Assembly: GCF_042688385.1 (NCBI RefSeq)
Contig: NZ_JBHUPY010000007.1
Span: forward strand, 322,110 to 386,109
Direction: 5' to 3'
DNA length: 64,000 nt
Source of the DNA: Herpetosiphon sp. NSE202
Lineage (GTDB): Bacteria; Chloroflexota; Chloroflexia; Chloroflexales; Herpetosiphonaceae
Under the pieces are notes generated by a model. The model had not been told where the DNA came from. It ran no database searches and saw only the letters and a program-made list of their open reading frames with translations. The stretch's first letter is position 1. Each line of letters begins with the position of its first letter. The translations under genes and the position numbers were made by a program. Shown piece by piece: positions 48,606-58,076 of the stretch.

Positions 48606-49190
48606 TTATGGGTGATAATTTAATGTTGTGCCATCAGCAAGCCAGCGACAACGATTCCATTTGGCTTTAATTGCTGCGACTTTTGGCTTATTAGGCACAT
48701 ATTCAGCATCCTGAATAAAATAAGCCCCAGTTGCATAGCATTCTTCGATTGCCGCCAACATCGTCGTTAATGAATCATAGATCTGTGCAGAACTATGATG
48801 GCAGAACCAGATTGAGCCATAAGCATCACGGGTTGCATCCATTTGAACCATATAGTATTCGCCCATAAAATCAAATAATGGGAATAAAAATGGTTCATAG
48901 GCTTCAGATCCAATTTCTCGATTGGTTTACATCAAGTCCTGATAAATTTGATAAGCAGCTTCGATCGAGAGAAAGTGATGATAATAGAATAATTGGGTAT
49001 CTTCATTATTCGTTCCGTTATGCCAGGCATAGAGTTCGAGAATCTCTGCTGGTAGAAGAAACGGTATCACACTGGCAATTTGTTCAGGGCTATAGGCTGG
49101 CTGTAAGGCAGTTAATAATTCAGGATCAACTTGCGCCGTATAGTTGGTAATTGATTCAAGCAACTGTTGAATACTTGCTGTTTGCGCCAT
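48606..49190 (-). pseudogene. SUKH (SMI1/KNR4)-family gene interrupted by a single in-frame TAA, either a pseudogene or a split gene
   Basis: Two ORFs (49190-48930 MAQTASIQQLL...QIYQDLM* and 48866-48606 MGEYYMVQMDATRDAYGSIWFCHH...) lie in the same frame, separated only by TAA (complement of 48927-48929) plus 60 nt that encode TNREIGSEAYEPFLFPLFDF. The junction reconstructs the SUKH core motif. Confidence 0.55.
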
Positions 49191-49191
49191 A

Positions 49192-50070
49192 CTAGATCTC
49201 AACCTCCAGCGTTTGCATAACTTTGGCCTGCCCACCAGCCAATAAACTCTGAATTGCTCCATCAGCCAGTTTGATTTGCACTTCGATCACGCTTGGCGAA
49301 GCTGGTTGCATCAGCCAACCTTGCTCGATCAAAAAGTTGGTTTGCTGCAAGCCTAGTTTATCGTACAAATAACAGGCCAGCGGGCCAGCAGCCATGCCAG
49401 TGCCTGCCTCCTCGCGAATGCCATAGCGCGGCGCGAACATACGCGTGCCCGCCGAGCGGCCAGCCTGTTTGGTCGCGGGCGTAAACACATAGTAGCCAAT
49501 CAAATCGAGTTGCTCGCTGATGTGTTGGATTTGCACAAAATTTGGTTGCAATTCGGCAAGGGTTTGCTCGCTCGCCAGCCCAATAATCAAAAAGCTATTG
49601 CCGGTATTGACCAAGGTTGGCAAACTCCCGCTCAGCAAGGCATCGCTGCCGAGATTGAGCGATTGCAAGGCTTGTTGCGCGATGGAGTCGCTTAGCTCAA
49701 ACTGCTGGTAGCGCGGTGCTACTTGCTGCATAAAAGCCTGATCATCAGCCACAATAATCTCGCGCAGCCCATCGATGGTTTCTTTGGAAAGCTGGCCCGC
49801 AGGCACGCGTTTGAGCTGGCGCAAAAGGCTAAATGTGGCGATTGTGGCGTGGCCGCAATGGGCAATTTGGCGAGTTGGGGTAAAAAATTCAAGTTTAATC
49901 GTGGCAACATCCGATGCGCTGACAAAGGCTGTTTCCGATAAACCAACCTGCTGCGCAACCGCCAATTTCTGTTCGGTCGTTAGGCCATCGGCCTGCAACA
50001 CGACCCCTGCTGGATTTCCGCCGCGAGCGCCATCAATAAACGCATTGACAATCTGAACTTCAAGCTGCAT
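49192..50070 (-). CDS. PhzF-family (phenazine biosynthesis-like) isomerase
   Basis: N-terminus QIVNAFIDGARGGNPAGVVL and the GLSETAFV motif typical of PhzF/YHI9; 293 aa. Its stop lies 2 nt from the SUKH-like start, suggesting translational coupling. Confidence 0.8.
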   Translation of the reverse strand: MQLEVQIVNAFIDGARGGNPAGVVLQADGLTTEQKLAVAQQVGLSETAFVSASDVATIKLEFFTPTRQIAHCGHATIATFSLLRQLKRVPAGQLSKETIDGLREIIVADDQAFMQQVAPRYQQFELSDSIAQQALQSLNLGSDALLSGSLPTLVNTGNSFLIIGLASEQTLAELQPNFVQIQHISEQLDLIGYYVFTPATKQAGRSAGTRMFAPRYGIREEAGTGMAAGPLACYLYDKLGLQQTNFLIEQGWLMQPASPSVIEVQIKLADGAIQSLLAGGQAKVMQTLEVEI

Positions 50071-50196
50071 GTGGTTCCTCAATCAACACAAGAATTTTAA
50101 AATGAGTATACATCAAACGCACGCAGCCACGCCGATCTAGCCTGCGGCGCTAATCGGCGTGCGGCAATCTCCATTTTGAAGCTAGGTGGGTTTTGG

Positions 50197-52281
50197 CTAA
50201 TGGCGGGTTTTGGTGGACGAAACGCTATTGATTGTGCGTTGCAAATCGCTGAGTGTAAATGGTTTTTGCAAAAAGCCAGCCAAACCGTCATTCAACAAGG
50301 GATCAAGCATCGAATCGACGCTATAGCCACTCATTAACACAATCGACACATCGTTGCGAATGGCGCGCAAGCCATGGGCCGTATCGATGCCATTAAAGTG
50401 GGGCATCGTCAGATCGAGCAACACCAACTGATATTCGTTGGCATGCTCGCGAAAGGCCTTAATTGCACTCTGGCCATCACCAAATCCGCGCACAGTTAGG
50501 CCTAAACGTTGCAGCATGCGCTCAGTGACCATCCGAACTGCTGGTTCATCGTCGATCAGCATAACCAGATTGTGCACTGATTGAACAACATCGTTCGATG
50601 CTGCGGGGGTTGGCTGTAAAATCGAATGTGGTGGTAATAACACCGTAACCTCCGTTCCCATTTGGGGTTGGCTCCACACGGCAATCGAGCCATGATGAGC
50701 GCGTACCATGCCTAAGACTGCGGCTAAGCCAAGCCCGCGTCCGGCAAATTTTGTGCTGAAATAGGGATCAAACATCAGCCCTTGGGTGTGGGCATCCATG
50801 CCAACGCCGTTATCACGAATACTCAGGGTGATATAGCTGCCTGCGGGAAGTTTGGGCAAGCCAGTAGCGGTATGCGGAGCTTGAGCATAGGTTTGGAGCT
50901 TGCTGGTAATTTGAATTGCGCCAAACCGATGATCGATCGCCTCAATACTATTTTTGAAGATACTCAAGATGATTTGGTTCATTTGATTAACATCGCCCTT
51001 GAGTAGCCCCAATTGATCATCAAGCTCATAGGTTATGTTGGTCGTCGGGTGCGCCTGCTCACTAAACGTCGGGGTTAGCTCACGCAGTTGCGCATTCAGA
51101 TCGACAGGACTACTGACAAAGAGGCTGCTTCCGGTATAGGCGACAATTTGCTGGGTTAGCTCTGTAGCACGAATTGCGAGGGCTTCGATCTCTTGCAGTT
51201 GCTGGTAGATTGGGTGGGTTGGAATGAGATCGAGCAATCCTAGGCTAACATTGCCCCGAATGCCCATCAAAATATTATTGAAATCGTGGGCAATTCCGCC
51301 GGCGAGCAGGCCAAGACTTTTGCGTTTTTCGCGTTCGTTGGCAAGTTGTTGGGCAGCTTCACGTTGTTGGATGGCCGTATGATCGCGAATTACTATCTGT
51401 ACCGCTGAGTTACCAGCAAAAGTTATGGGAATAATCGTCAACCTTAGGGGGATTTCTGAGCTTTTAGTTGGGTCGTAGCGCAGTTCATGGCTCAGCGGCT
51501 GTTTGGTTGCCAGTGCTTGCTCAAACAGTTTTTGCACGGTATTCGAGCTTGGTTCAAGCATGCGCGCGAGATCGCTACCAAGAATTTGATAGCAGTTTTC
51601 AAAGCCAAGCAAGGCGATGCCAATCGCATTGATATAGACAATTCGGCCTGCCTGTTGTACCACAATCCCATCGGGCATGGCATCGAGCATGGCCCGATAA
51701 TGTTGGTCAATCAGGCTATTTGGTCGCCAGAGCGCCGCTTGACCAAGCGCATTGCTCACTTGGCGACACACATTGATCAACAGTGCAGCATCTGCTTGAT
51801 TAAAGGTATCAACGATGCTCTCAATCATCAACACGCCCAATAATTGCTGTCCAACCATCAGGGGAACGCAAATCGACGATTGGATATGCGGATGACTGCG
51901 AATAAAATCGGGATCTTGATCAACATAGGCCACCAAATAGGCTTGTTTGGTGCGAGCGCAACGGCCAACAATCCCCTGTTGAAAGCTCAATTGCTCAGGA
52001 TTATGGCCAAAACCATGCTGGCATTGGAGTTGCAGCATATCGGTGTGCGCTGCATAAATGCAAATGAAACTATTCGCAAAGCGCTCAGCAAGCACCGTTA
52101 CAAGCTGGCGATAGAGCATATCCAACGGCAAGTTTTGACCTAAAATTGATTCAATCTGTTCCAGCAGTCCATTACGATCAACGTCGGGCTGAACAGCGTC
52201 GGCGGCATATTCATATTCATGGCGAGCAGGATTAGGATGTGGGGCTACAGTCGGCTGTTCGCTGGCGTGGTGCGAGTCCAT
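50197..52281 (-). CDS. hybrid sensor histidine kinase (GAF, PAS, HisKA, HATPase_c, C-terminal REC)
   Basis: Start chosen at ATG 52281 (GGGAGGACGT upstream; MDSHHASEQ...). H-box IAHDFNNILMGIRGN; G-box GRGLGLAAVLG; C-terminal receiver (LIDDEP...VLLDLTMPHFNG). Confidence 0.8.
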   Translation of the reverse strand: MDSHHASEQPTVAPHPNPARHEYEYAADAVQPDVDRNGLLEQIESILGQNLPLDMLYRQLVTVLAERFANSFICIYAAHTDMLQLQCQHGFGHNPEQLSFQQGIVGRCARTKQAYLVAYVDQDPDFIRSHPHIQSSICVPLMVGQQLLGVLMIESIVDTFNQADAALLINVCRQVSNALGQAALWRPNSLIDQHYRAMLDAMPDGIVVQQAGRIVYINAIGIALLGFENCYQILGSDLARMLEPSSNTVQKLFEQALATKQPLSHELRYDPTKSSEIPLRLTIIPITFAGNSAVQIVIRDHTAIQQREAAQQLANEREKRKSLGLLAGGIAHDFNNILMGIRGNVSLGLLDLIPTHPIYQQLQEIEALAIRATELTQQIVAYTGSSLFVSSPVDLNAQLRELTPTFSEQAHPTTNITYELDDQLGLLKGDVNQMNQIILSIFKNSIEAIDHRFGAIQITSKLQTYAQAPHTATGLPKLPAGSYITLSIRDNGVGMDAHTQGLMFDPYFSTKFAGRGLGLAAVLGMVRAHHGSIAVWSQPQMGTEVTVLLPPHSILQPTPAASNDVVQSVHNLVMLIDDEPAVRMVTERMLQRLGLTVRGFGDGQSAIKAFREHANEYQLVLLDLTMPHFNGIDTAHGLRAIRNDVSIVLMSGYSVDSMLDPLLNDGLAGFLQKPFTLSDLQRTINSVSSTKTRH

Positions 52282-52364
52282 ACGTCCTCCCCAAATCAGG
52301 ATGGGACACAACGACAGAGTATAGAGGCATGGTTCCCGACAGTCTATAGTTCTTTTAGTGAGTC

Positions 52365-53573
52365 TTACCCATGACTTATTTCGCCCCACGCTTGTTGTAA
52401 GCGCATCGTAATTGCCTGCCAATCGTAGTTAGCGGCCACGAAGCTGCGCGCAGCAATGGCGAGGCGTTGCGCCAATTGGCGATCGTGGAGCAGTTTGAGG
52501 GTTGCTTGGGCAAATGCAGGGGGCGTATCGGCCAGCAAACAATGCTGATTTGGCACTAAGCCAGTTACGCCATCAGCGCCCATGGTGGTGGAAACGAGGG
52601 GAGTTTCGGTGGCCAAGGCTTCGAGCAATTTGAGCCGCACGCCGCCACCCATGCGCATTGGCAGCACAAACACCGCAGCTTGGTTGAAATAGGGCTGCAC
52701 GCTTGGCACATTTGGCATAATGTCGATCACGCCAGGCTGAGCCAGTTGCAACACCGCCGCAGTTGGTGCTCGCCCAACAATTACTAATTTGGTTGCTGGC
52801 CGTTCAGCGCGAATTAATGGCAGAACTTCCTGCACAAACCAGCGCAATGCATCGACGTTTGGCCGAAAATCTAAGCTACCAGTAAAAAGCAACGTATTCG
52901 GGTCGAATTCGCGGGGCTGGCTTGGGCTAAATTGCTGGCTATCAACGCCATTCGGAACCACATGCAGCTGCTTGGTAACGCCTATTTTTTGCAACATCGT
53001 GCGATCTTCTGGCGAAACCACATAGGTTTGATCAAGCTGGTTGCAAACCAGCCGTTCGTAGCGCGCCAATTTGCGCCATTGAATCGCCGAATAGAGCGCA
53101 GCATGCCAGCGCTTGGGCTGTTGGCGGTCGGTTTGGGCCGCACGTTGTTGCAACAGATATTCAGCATTCCATTGATCGAGGGTTGCGGGCACGCCCCAGC
53201 GTTGCGCTTGCAAAGCATATTGCGCCATTTCGATGCTTTCAGCTTGGACTAAATCGAAGCGATTGGTATTGAGCAAGCTGGCCAAGGCCGAGCGAAACAT
53301 CGCCGAAGGCGCGCGCAAGGCCATATCAGGCAACGGTGAAGCGAGCGTCGTCCAAGCGCGTTTGGCAAGGCTGCGTTGCGGCGCAGGAATCAACGTTAAG
53401 TGGCAATATTGATTGAGTGGTTGGGAGGCGGCACTAGCTTTATGGCTTGGCGAGAGGCTTAAACACCATAATTCATGCTGGCTGCTCAGCTCGCGCATCA
53501 GCTGAAACATGCGTTGGGTGCCACCACTATTGGCGGGGTAAGCAGGATATGGCGTGAGAAATAAAATCCGCAT
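52365..53573 (-). CDS. glycosyltransferase, GT4 family
   Basis: MRILFLTPYPAYPANSGGTQR N-terminus and a C-terminal GT4-like region; 402 aa. Confidence 0.75.
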   Translation of the reverse strand: MRILFLTPYPAYPANSGGTQRMFQLMRELSSQHELWCLSLSPSHKASAASQPLNQYCHLTLIPAPQRSLAKRAWTTLASPLPDMALRAPSAMFRSALASLLNTNRFDLVQAESIEMAQYALQAQRWGVPATLDQWNAEYLLQQRAAQTDRQQPKRWHAALYSAIQWRKLARYERLVCNQLDQTYVVSPEDRTMLQKIGVTKQLHVVPNGVDSQQFSPSQPREFDPNTLLFTGSLDFRPNVDALRWFVQEVLPLIRAERPATKLVIVGRAPTAAVLQLAQPGVIDIMPNVPSVQPYFNQAAVFVLPMRMGGGVRLKLLEALATETPLVSTTMGADGVTGLVPNQHCLLADTPPAFAQATLKLLHDRQLAQRLAIAARSFVAANYDWQAITMRLQQAWGEISHG

Positions 53574-53576
53574 AGG

Positions 53577-53993
53577 TTACTCTGGGGTATTACACAAAAA
53601 GAACTGACGATCGCGGCCTGCATGATAGGCAAATTGCTCGCCACCCACCTCTAACACCACGCGAAAACCAGGTGTAAGCACCGCCTTGCCAATCCCGCCA
53701 TTATCGGCACAGCCAAGATTGCTCGCAGGCCAGGTAACGGCTTCATCAACCAGCACCTTAATTTGCGCGCTAGAAGCACCAAATTGAGTCTGATGCAGGC
53801 TGATCACAGTTTGCGAGTTAATAGACTCAGGCCCACTGGTCATGACTGGCTCCTGAATAGTAACAAATGGTGGGTTAATCGGTGGTAAGCGTTGATCAAC
53901 ATTGCCACAGCCAAATAAAAGCCATGGGCTTGCCAGCAGAGCGATGGTACAATTGAGTCGCTGTCGCCAACGACGAGAGCATGGATTTTTCAT
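53577..53993 (-). CDS. small lipoprotein of unknown function
   Basis: 138 aa. Signal plus lipobox ...LLASPWLLFGCGN. It ends 3 nt before the GT4 start, consistent with an operon. Confidence 0.55.
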   Translation of the reverse strand: MKNPCSRRWRQRLNCTIALLASPWLLFGCGNVDQRLPPINPPFVTIQEPVMTSGPESINSQTVISLHQTQFGASSAQIKVLVDEAVTWPASNLGCADNGGIGKAVLTPGFRVVLEVGGEQFAYHAGRDRQFFLCNTPE

Positions 53994-54012
53994 AGCCCAA
54001 AGGATACCACAA

Positions 54013-54777
54013 ATGCGAAGTCATGCGATTGCCATTGCCAAAGCAGCAGGTCAAATTCTGCGCGATGGATTACGCAATGAGCGTCAAATTCAACATAAAA
54101 GTGCCAGCATTGATTTGGTGACCAATATCGATTTAGCCAGCGAAAAATTGATTGTCAGCAGCATCCACGAACACTTTCCCGAGCATCGGATTGTGGCCGA
54201 AGAATCAGGCGACGATGGCCGTAGCGCCGAATATTGCTGGGTGATCGATCCGCTTGATGGCACAACCAATTATGCCCACGGCTTTCCCTTCTTCGCGGTT
54301 TCAATCGCCTTGTTGCATAACAATCAACCAACAATCGGCGTGGTTTACGACCCCTGGCGCGATGAATGTTTTGTCGGCGAGCGCGGGGTTGGCGCATGGC
54401 TCAACGATCAACCATTGCATGTCACCAGCACCAACACGGTTGATGCAGCCTTGCTCAGCACTGGCTTTCCCTACACAATTCGCAGCAATCCCGATAACAA
54501 TATCGCTGAATTTACCAAGATTGTGCTCAAAGCCCAAGCAATTCGGCGCGGCGGGGCAGCGGCCTTAGATATTTGCTACGTGGCGGCTGGGCGTAGCGAA
54601 GGCCATTGGGAACTTGGCCTCAAGCCGTGGGATACCGCAGCAGCAGCGGTTATTTTGACTGAAGCTGGCGGCAAACTCAGCACATGGACTGGCGCAGAAT
54701 GGAATCCATGGATTGATCGCTTGGTGGCGACCAACGGCGCGGTGCATGCCGAGTTGGTTGGGCTGCTACAAGCTTAA
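54013..54777 (+). CDS. inositol monophosphatase family protein (SuhB/IMPase-like)
   Basis: Motifs VAEESG, WVIDPLDGTTNY and WDTAAA; AAGGA RBS before ATG 54013; the ORF-track start at 53902 overlaps the divergent lipoprotein gene. Confidence 0.8.
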   Translation: MRSHAIAIAKAAGQILRDGLRNERQIQHKSASIDLVTNIDLASEKLIVSSIHEHFPEHRIVAEESGDDGRSAEYCWVIDPLDGTTNYAHGFPFFAVSIALLHNNQPTIGVVYDPWRDECFVGERGVGAWLNDQPLHVTSTNTVDAALLSTGFPYTIRSNPDNNIAEFTKIVLKAQAIRRGGAAALDICYVAAGRSEGHWELGLKPWDTAAAAVILTEAGGKLSTWTGAEWNPWIDRLVATNGAVHAELVGLLQA

Positions 54778-54798
54778 TTCAATATTTTAGCCGACAAA

Positions 54799-54829
54799 GC
54801 TCTTGCGCGGTGCAAGAGCTTTTTTATTT
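54799..54829 (+). terminator. Rho-independent terminator of the IMPase gene
   Basis: gctcttgc-gcggt-gcaagagc (8-bp stem) followed by TTTTTTATTT. Confidence 0.65.
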
Positions 54830-55043
54830 CAACCAAGCCTAATCACCGGAAAAGCCGATAAAACACAATTCATGCGGCTGCTCGTTTTCGTAGGCAGTGA
54901 TGATAAAGCCTTGCCAGCGCTCGTGATGGTCTTAAATAGCCGACTCGTGGGCGATAATTTGGGCTTTGGTCGGGCGGGTCGTGCCAAAAATTTCGCGTTG
55001 GGCTATTAGACTATTTGTAATGGTTCATTTTAACGACGGTTTG

Positions 55044-55149
55044 CCCTCTCACCCCCTAGCCCCCTCTCCCGCCCGCGGGCGAGGGGGAACCGCTGAATCA
55101 GTGCTCCCCTCGCCCGCGTTTAGTGGGAGAGGGGCTGGGGGTGAGGGAA
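55044..55149. repeat. full copy (E) of the MITE/REP-like element
   Basis: ccctctcaccccctagccccctctcccgcccgcgggcgaggggg-aaccgctgaatcagtgct-cccctcgcccgcgtttagtgggagaggggctgggggtgagggaa. Confidence 0.7.
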
Positions 55150-55244
55150 TAACGTATTCAAGCTATTAAATTATTTGTTGTTCACGTTAAACTGTGCGAT
55201 CATCGAGCGTAATGGTGATGAGATTTTCACTCTGAGGAGTTTGC

Positions 55245-55817
55245 ATGCAGATTCAAGGGCAACGCTGTATGTTGCGCGATTGGCAGCTGAATGATTTGGC
55301 GCTTTGGGGCGATTGGCTACGGCCTGAACACGAGTGGCAACGTTGGGATGGCCCCTATTATCCAGGCCCAACGCTGGCTGAAATTCCAGAGTTGGTGGCC
55401 CAGAAGCGGGCAATAATTGAGGCCGCCGAATGGCCCAACCCACGCATGAATTTGGTGATCGCCGACCCAGCAACCGACCAATTGTTGGGCACAGTCACCA
55501 GCTATTGGGAAAGCATCGAGACCAACTGGCTGTGCTTGGGCATTGCGATTTACGATCCGGCGTGGTGGCAACGTGGGATTGGCCGCGAAGCCTTCGGCTT
55601 ATGGATCGATTATCAATTTGCTCAACGCCCGGAGCTTGTGCGGCTCGATTTGCGCACATGGTCGGGCAACCAGCGCATGGTCAAATTAGCAACTACGCTT
55701 GGTTTTCGCCAAGAAGCCTGTTTTCGCAAAGCGCGGATCGTCGAAGGCCACTATTACGATGGCTTAGGCTTTGGCATCTTGCGCGAGGAATGGCACGATT
55801 TTATTAAAAGCATGTAA
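55245..55817 (+). CDS. GNAT-family N-acetyltransferase
   Basis: 190 aa with an acetyl-CoA binding-type segment, QRGIGREAFGLWIDYQF. Confidence 0.7.
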   Translation: MQIQGQRCMLRDWQLNDLALWGDWLRPEHEWQRWDGPYYPGPTLAEIPELVAQKRAIIEAAEWPNPRMNLVIADPATDQLLGTVTSYWESIETNWLCLGIAIYDPAWWQRGIGREAFGLWIDYQFAQRPELVRLDLRTWSGNQRMVKLATTLGFRQEACFRKARIVEGHYYDGLGFGILREEWHDFIKSM

Positions 55818-55901
55818 AAATAGTTCTAAAGATCTATAGCCAATTCAGCCTAGCTCTGTGATAGTACCCTGCATCATTCTTTATTCTTCAGGAGTATTTG
55901 T

Positions 55902-56906
55902 ATGCAGGGTATTTCGGCTTGGTTGCGCGCAAACCAGCGTTGGGTCATTATTAGTGCGCTTATGTTTGGCTTGGTTGGTTCTGTTGCGGGACAAGCTCCA
56001 CAAACGATTGCTGGCGGCAGCATGAACTATCTGCCAGTTGTCATGTCCAACCCGCTGCTTGATATTCACAATCGCCAATCAGTGGTCAATTTTTATACCA
56101 ATTATTATAAAGTTGGCATGGCTACAGGCTGGACGGGCAATGCCAGCACCTGCACGCCTGGCACGACCAGCCAAGCCTTCCGCGACAATGTGCTAGCCCG
56201 CGTTAATTATTTTCGGCTTTTAGCAGGCATGGGCACTGTTACTTTTGATCCAGTGTTGAATGCCAAAGCGCAGCAAGCAGCCTTGATGATGAGCCGCAAC
56301 CGCACCCTCAACCACTATCCGCCAAGCACATGGCTGTGTTATACGGCCGAGGGCAAAGAAGCAGCTGGTAAATCAAATTTAGCTGGCGGAATTACGGCCA
56401 ATGGTGTTACCGCGATTGAGCTATATATGGACGATAGTGATGAGCCAACTGTGGGGCATCGGCGTTGGTTGCTGTACACGCCAACCCGCAAAATGGGCAC
56501 TGGCGATGTCGATGGCCAAAACGGCACAATTGACGCTAACAGTTTGTGGGTCGTTGGCAATACTGGCCCGCGCCCAGCCACCCGCACCGAATATATCGCT
56601 TGGCCGCCGGCAGGCTTTGTGCCATTTAGCCATGTCGTCAAACGCTGGTCATTTAGCTTGCCTAGCGCTAATTTCGCCAATGCAACGGTTACGATGCAAA
56701 AAGCCAATCAACCGCAAGCCACCACGATTGTTTCGCGCAGCAGTGGCAGCGGTGATAATGCACTTGTGTGGGATGTTGCAGGCTATATCCACTGGCCTGC
56801 GCCTGCAACCGACGTTACCTACACGGTCAATGTAAGCAATGTGGTGCATAACGGCCAAACGCGCTCATTTAGCTACCAAGTCACCGTAATTGACCCAAAT
56901 CGTTAG
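55902..56906 (+). CDS. secreted CAP-domain (SCP/PR-1-like, YkwD-type) protein, paralog 1
   Basis: Signal peptide; ...VNYFRLLAGMGTVTFDPVLNAKAQQAALMMSRNRTLNHYPP...GHRRWLLY, a bacterial CAP pattern. Confidence 0.65.
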   Translation: MQGISAWLRANQRWVIISALMFGLVGSVAGQAPQTIAGGSMNYLPVVMSNPLLDIHNRQSVVNFYTNYYKVGMATGWTGNASTCTPGTTSQAFRDNVLARVNYFRLLAGMGTVTFDPVLNAKAQQAALMMSRNRTLNHYPPSTWLCYTAEGKEAAGKSNLAGGITANGVTAIELYMDDSDEPTVGHRRWLLYTPTRKMGTGDVDGQNGTIDANSLWVVGNTGPRPATRTEYIAWPPAGFVPFSHVVKRWSFSLPSANFANATVTMQKANQPQATTIVSRSSGSGDNALVWDVAGYIHWPAPATDVTYTVNVSNVVHNGQTRSFSYQVTVIDPNR

Positions 56907-56979
56907 GGCAGATGGGCTATAGCCAAAATGCCAAATATTTGTCAAAATTCATTAACGAATCAATCAATGGAGGCATGGT

Positions 56980-58008
56980 ATGCAAGTGGCACACGACAGG
57001 CCGCGCAAGCGCTGGCTGGGTTTGGTTATTGCAAGTTTGGTGTTTTTGGGCATCGTTGCCCCGCTTGCAGCCCAAGAACCCCAAGCAATTACTGGTGGCA
57101 GCAAAACCTATTTTCCAGTCGTCACCTCGAACCCTGAGCTTGATATTCACAATCGCCAATCGGTTGTCAATTTTTATACCAATTTCTATTTGCCCAGCAA
57201 TAATGTTACCGATGGCTGGACTGGCAATCAAGCCACATGTGATGCTGGCACAACGAGCCAAGCCTATCGCGATGCGATTCTGCTACGGGTCAATTATTTT
57301 CGTAAAATGGCTGGCCTCGCCGCCGTCACCCTCAACGCAAGCTACAACAGCCAAGCTCAACAAGCAGCATTAATGATGAGTCGCAACAATAGCCTCAACC
57401 ACAATCCGCCAACCTCGTGGGCTTGTTATACCACCACTGGCAAAAATGCCGCTGGTAAATCGAATCTCTATTTAGGCCAACTCGGGCCAGGCGCAATCAC
57501 GGGCTATATGCTCGATCCTGGTGCTGGCAATAGCTCTGCTGGGCATCGGCGCTGGATTCTGTATCCCCAAACCAAATCGATTGGCACTGGCGATGTGCCA
57601 AGCCGCAGCGGCTACGCTGGCTCGAACGCCTTATATGTGATTACCAGCGATTTTGGCACAGCACGGCCTGCCACCCGCACCGAGTATGTGCCTTGGCCGC
57701 CTGAAGGTTTTGTGCCCTATCAAGTCGTGTTTGGGCGCTGGTCGTTCGCCTTGCATAATGGCAATTTTACCAATGCGACTATTAGCATGCGCCAAGGCAG
57801 CACGACGATTCCAGTTACCAAAGAAACCGTTGCCAATGGCTACGGCGAAAATACCATCGTTTGGATTCCGCAGGGCTATAACCATAGCTCAAGTTGGGGC
57901 AATCCGGGTGCAGACACAACCTACACAATTACAATTGGCAATGTGATTGTCAATTCGCAAACACTCAGCTTCACCTATAATGTGACCGTGATTAATCCAA
58001 ATCAATAG
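56980..58008 (+). CDS. secreted CAP-domain protein, paralog 2 (tandem duplicate)
   Basis: Collinear with 55902-56906: ...VNYFRKMAGLAAVTLNASYNSQAQQAALMMSRNNSLNHNPP...GHRRWILYPQ. Confidence 0.65.
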   Translation: MQVAHDRPRKRWLGLVIASLVFLGIVAPLAAQEPQAITGGSKTYFPVVTSNPELDIHNRQSVVNFYTNFYLPSNNVTDGWTGNQATCDAGTTSQAYRDAILLRVNYFRKMAGLAAVTLNASYNSQAQQAALMMSRNNSLNHNPPTSWACYTTTGKNAAGKSNLYLGQLGPGAITGYMLDPGAGNSSAGHRRWILYPQTKSIGTGDVPSRSGYAGSNALYVITSDFGTARPATRTEYVPWPPEGFVPYQVVFGRWSFALHNGNFTNATISMRQGSTTIPVTKETVANGYGENTIVWIPQGYNHSSSWGNPGADTTYTITIGNVIVNSQTLSFTYNVTVINPNQ

Positions 58009-58076
58009 TTACCTTTTCAAATTAAAATCGCCAATTCAGACCGACAGTAGCCATTGGTTGCTGTCGGTCGTGATCT

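Noticed and set aside
48878-49150. A plus-strand 90-aa ORF sits between the STAND gene and the PhzF gene.
   Set aside because: It lies antisense to the SUKH-like reading frame, which carries recognisable family motifs.
52282-52422. A longer N-terminal extension of the GAF-PAS hybrid kinase (start at 52422).
   Set aside because: It would overlap the GT4 gene by 58 nt, the extension (MAGNYDALTTSVGRNKSWVRL...) is not domain-like, and a strong GGGAGGA RBS precedes the internal ATG at 52281.
54838-55010. Minus-strand fragments read like protein ends (…LIAQREIFGTTRPTKAQIIAHESAI* and DHHERWQGFIITAYENEQPHELCFIGFSGD*), considered as remnants of a decayed gene.
   Set aside because: There is no start codon, stops interrupt the frame, and no family could be recognised. 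A short plus-strand ORF (54803-55009) also overlaps the IMPase terminator. Without a database hit this remains unsupported.
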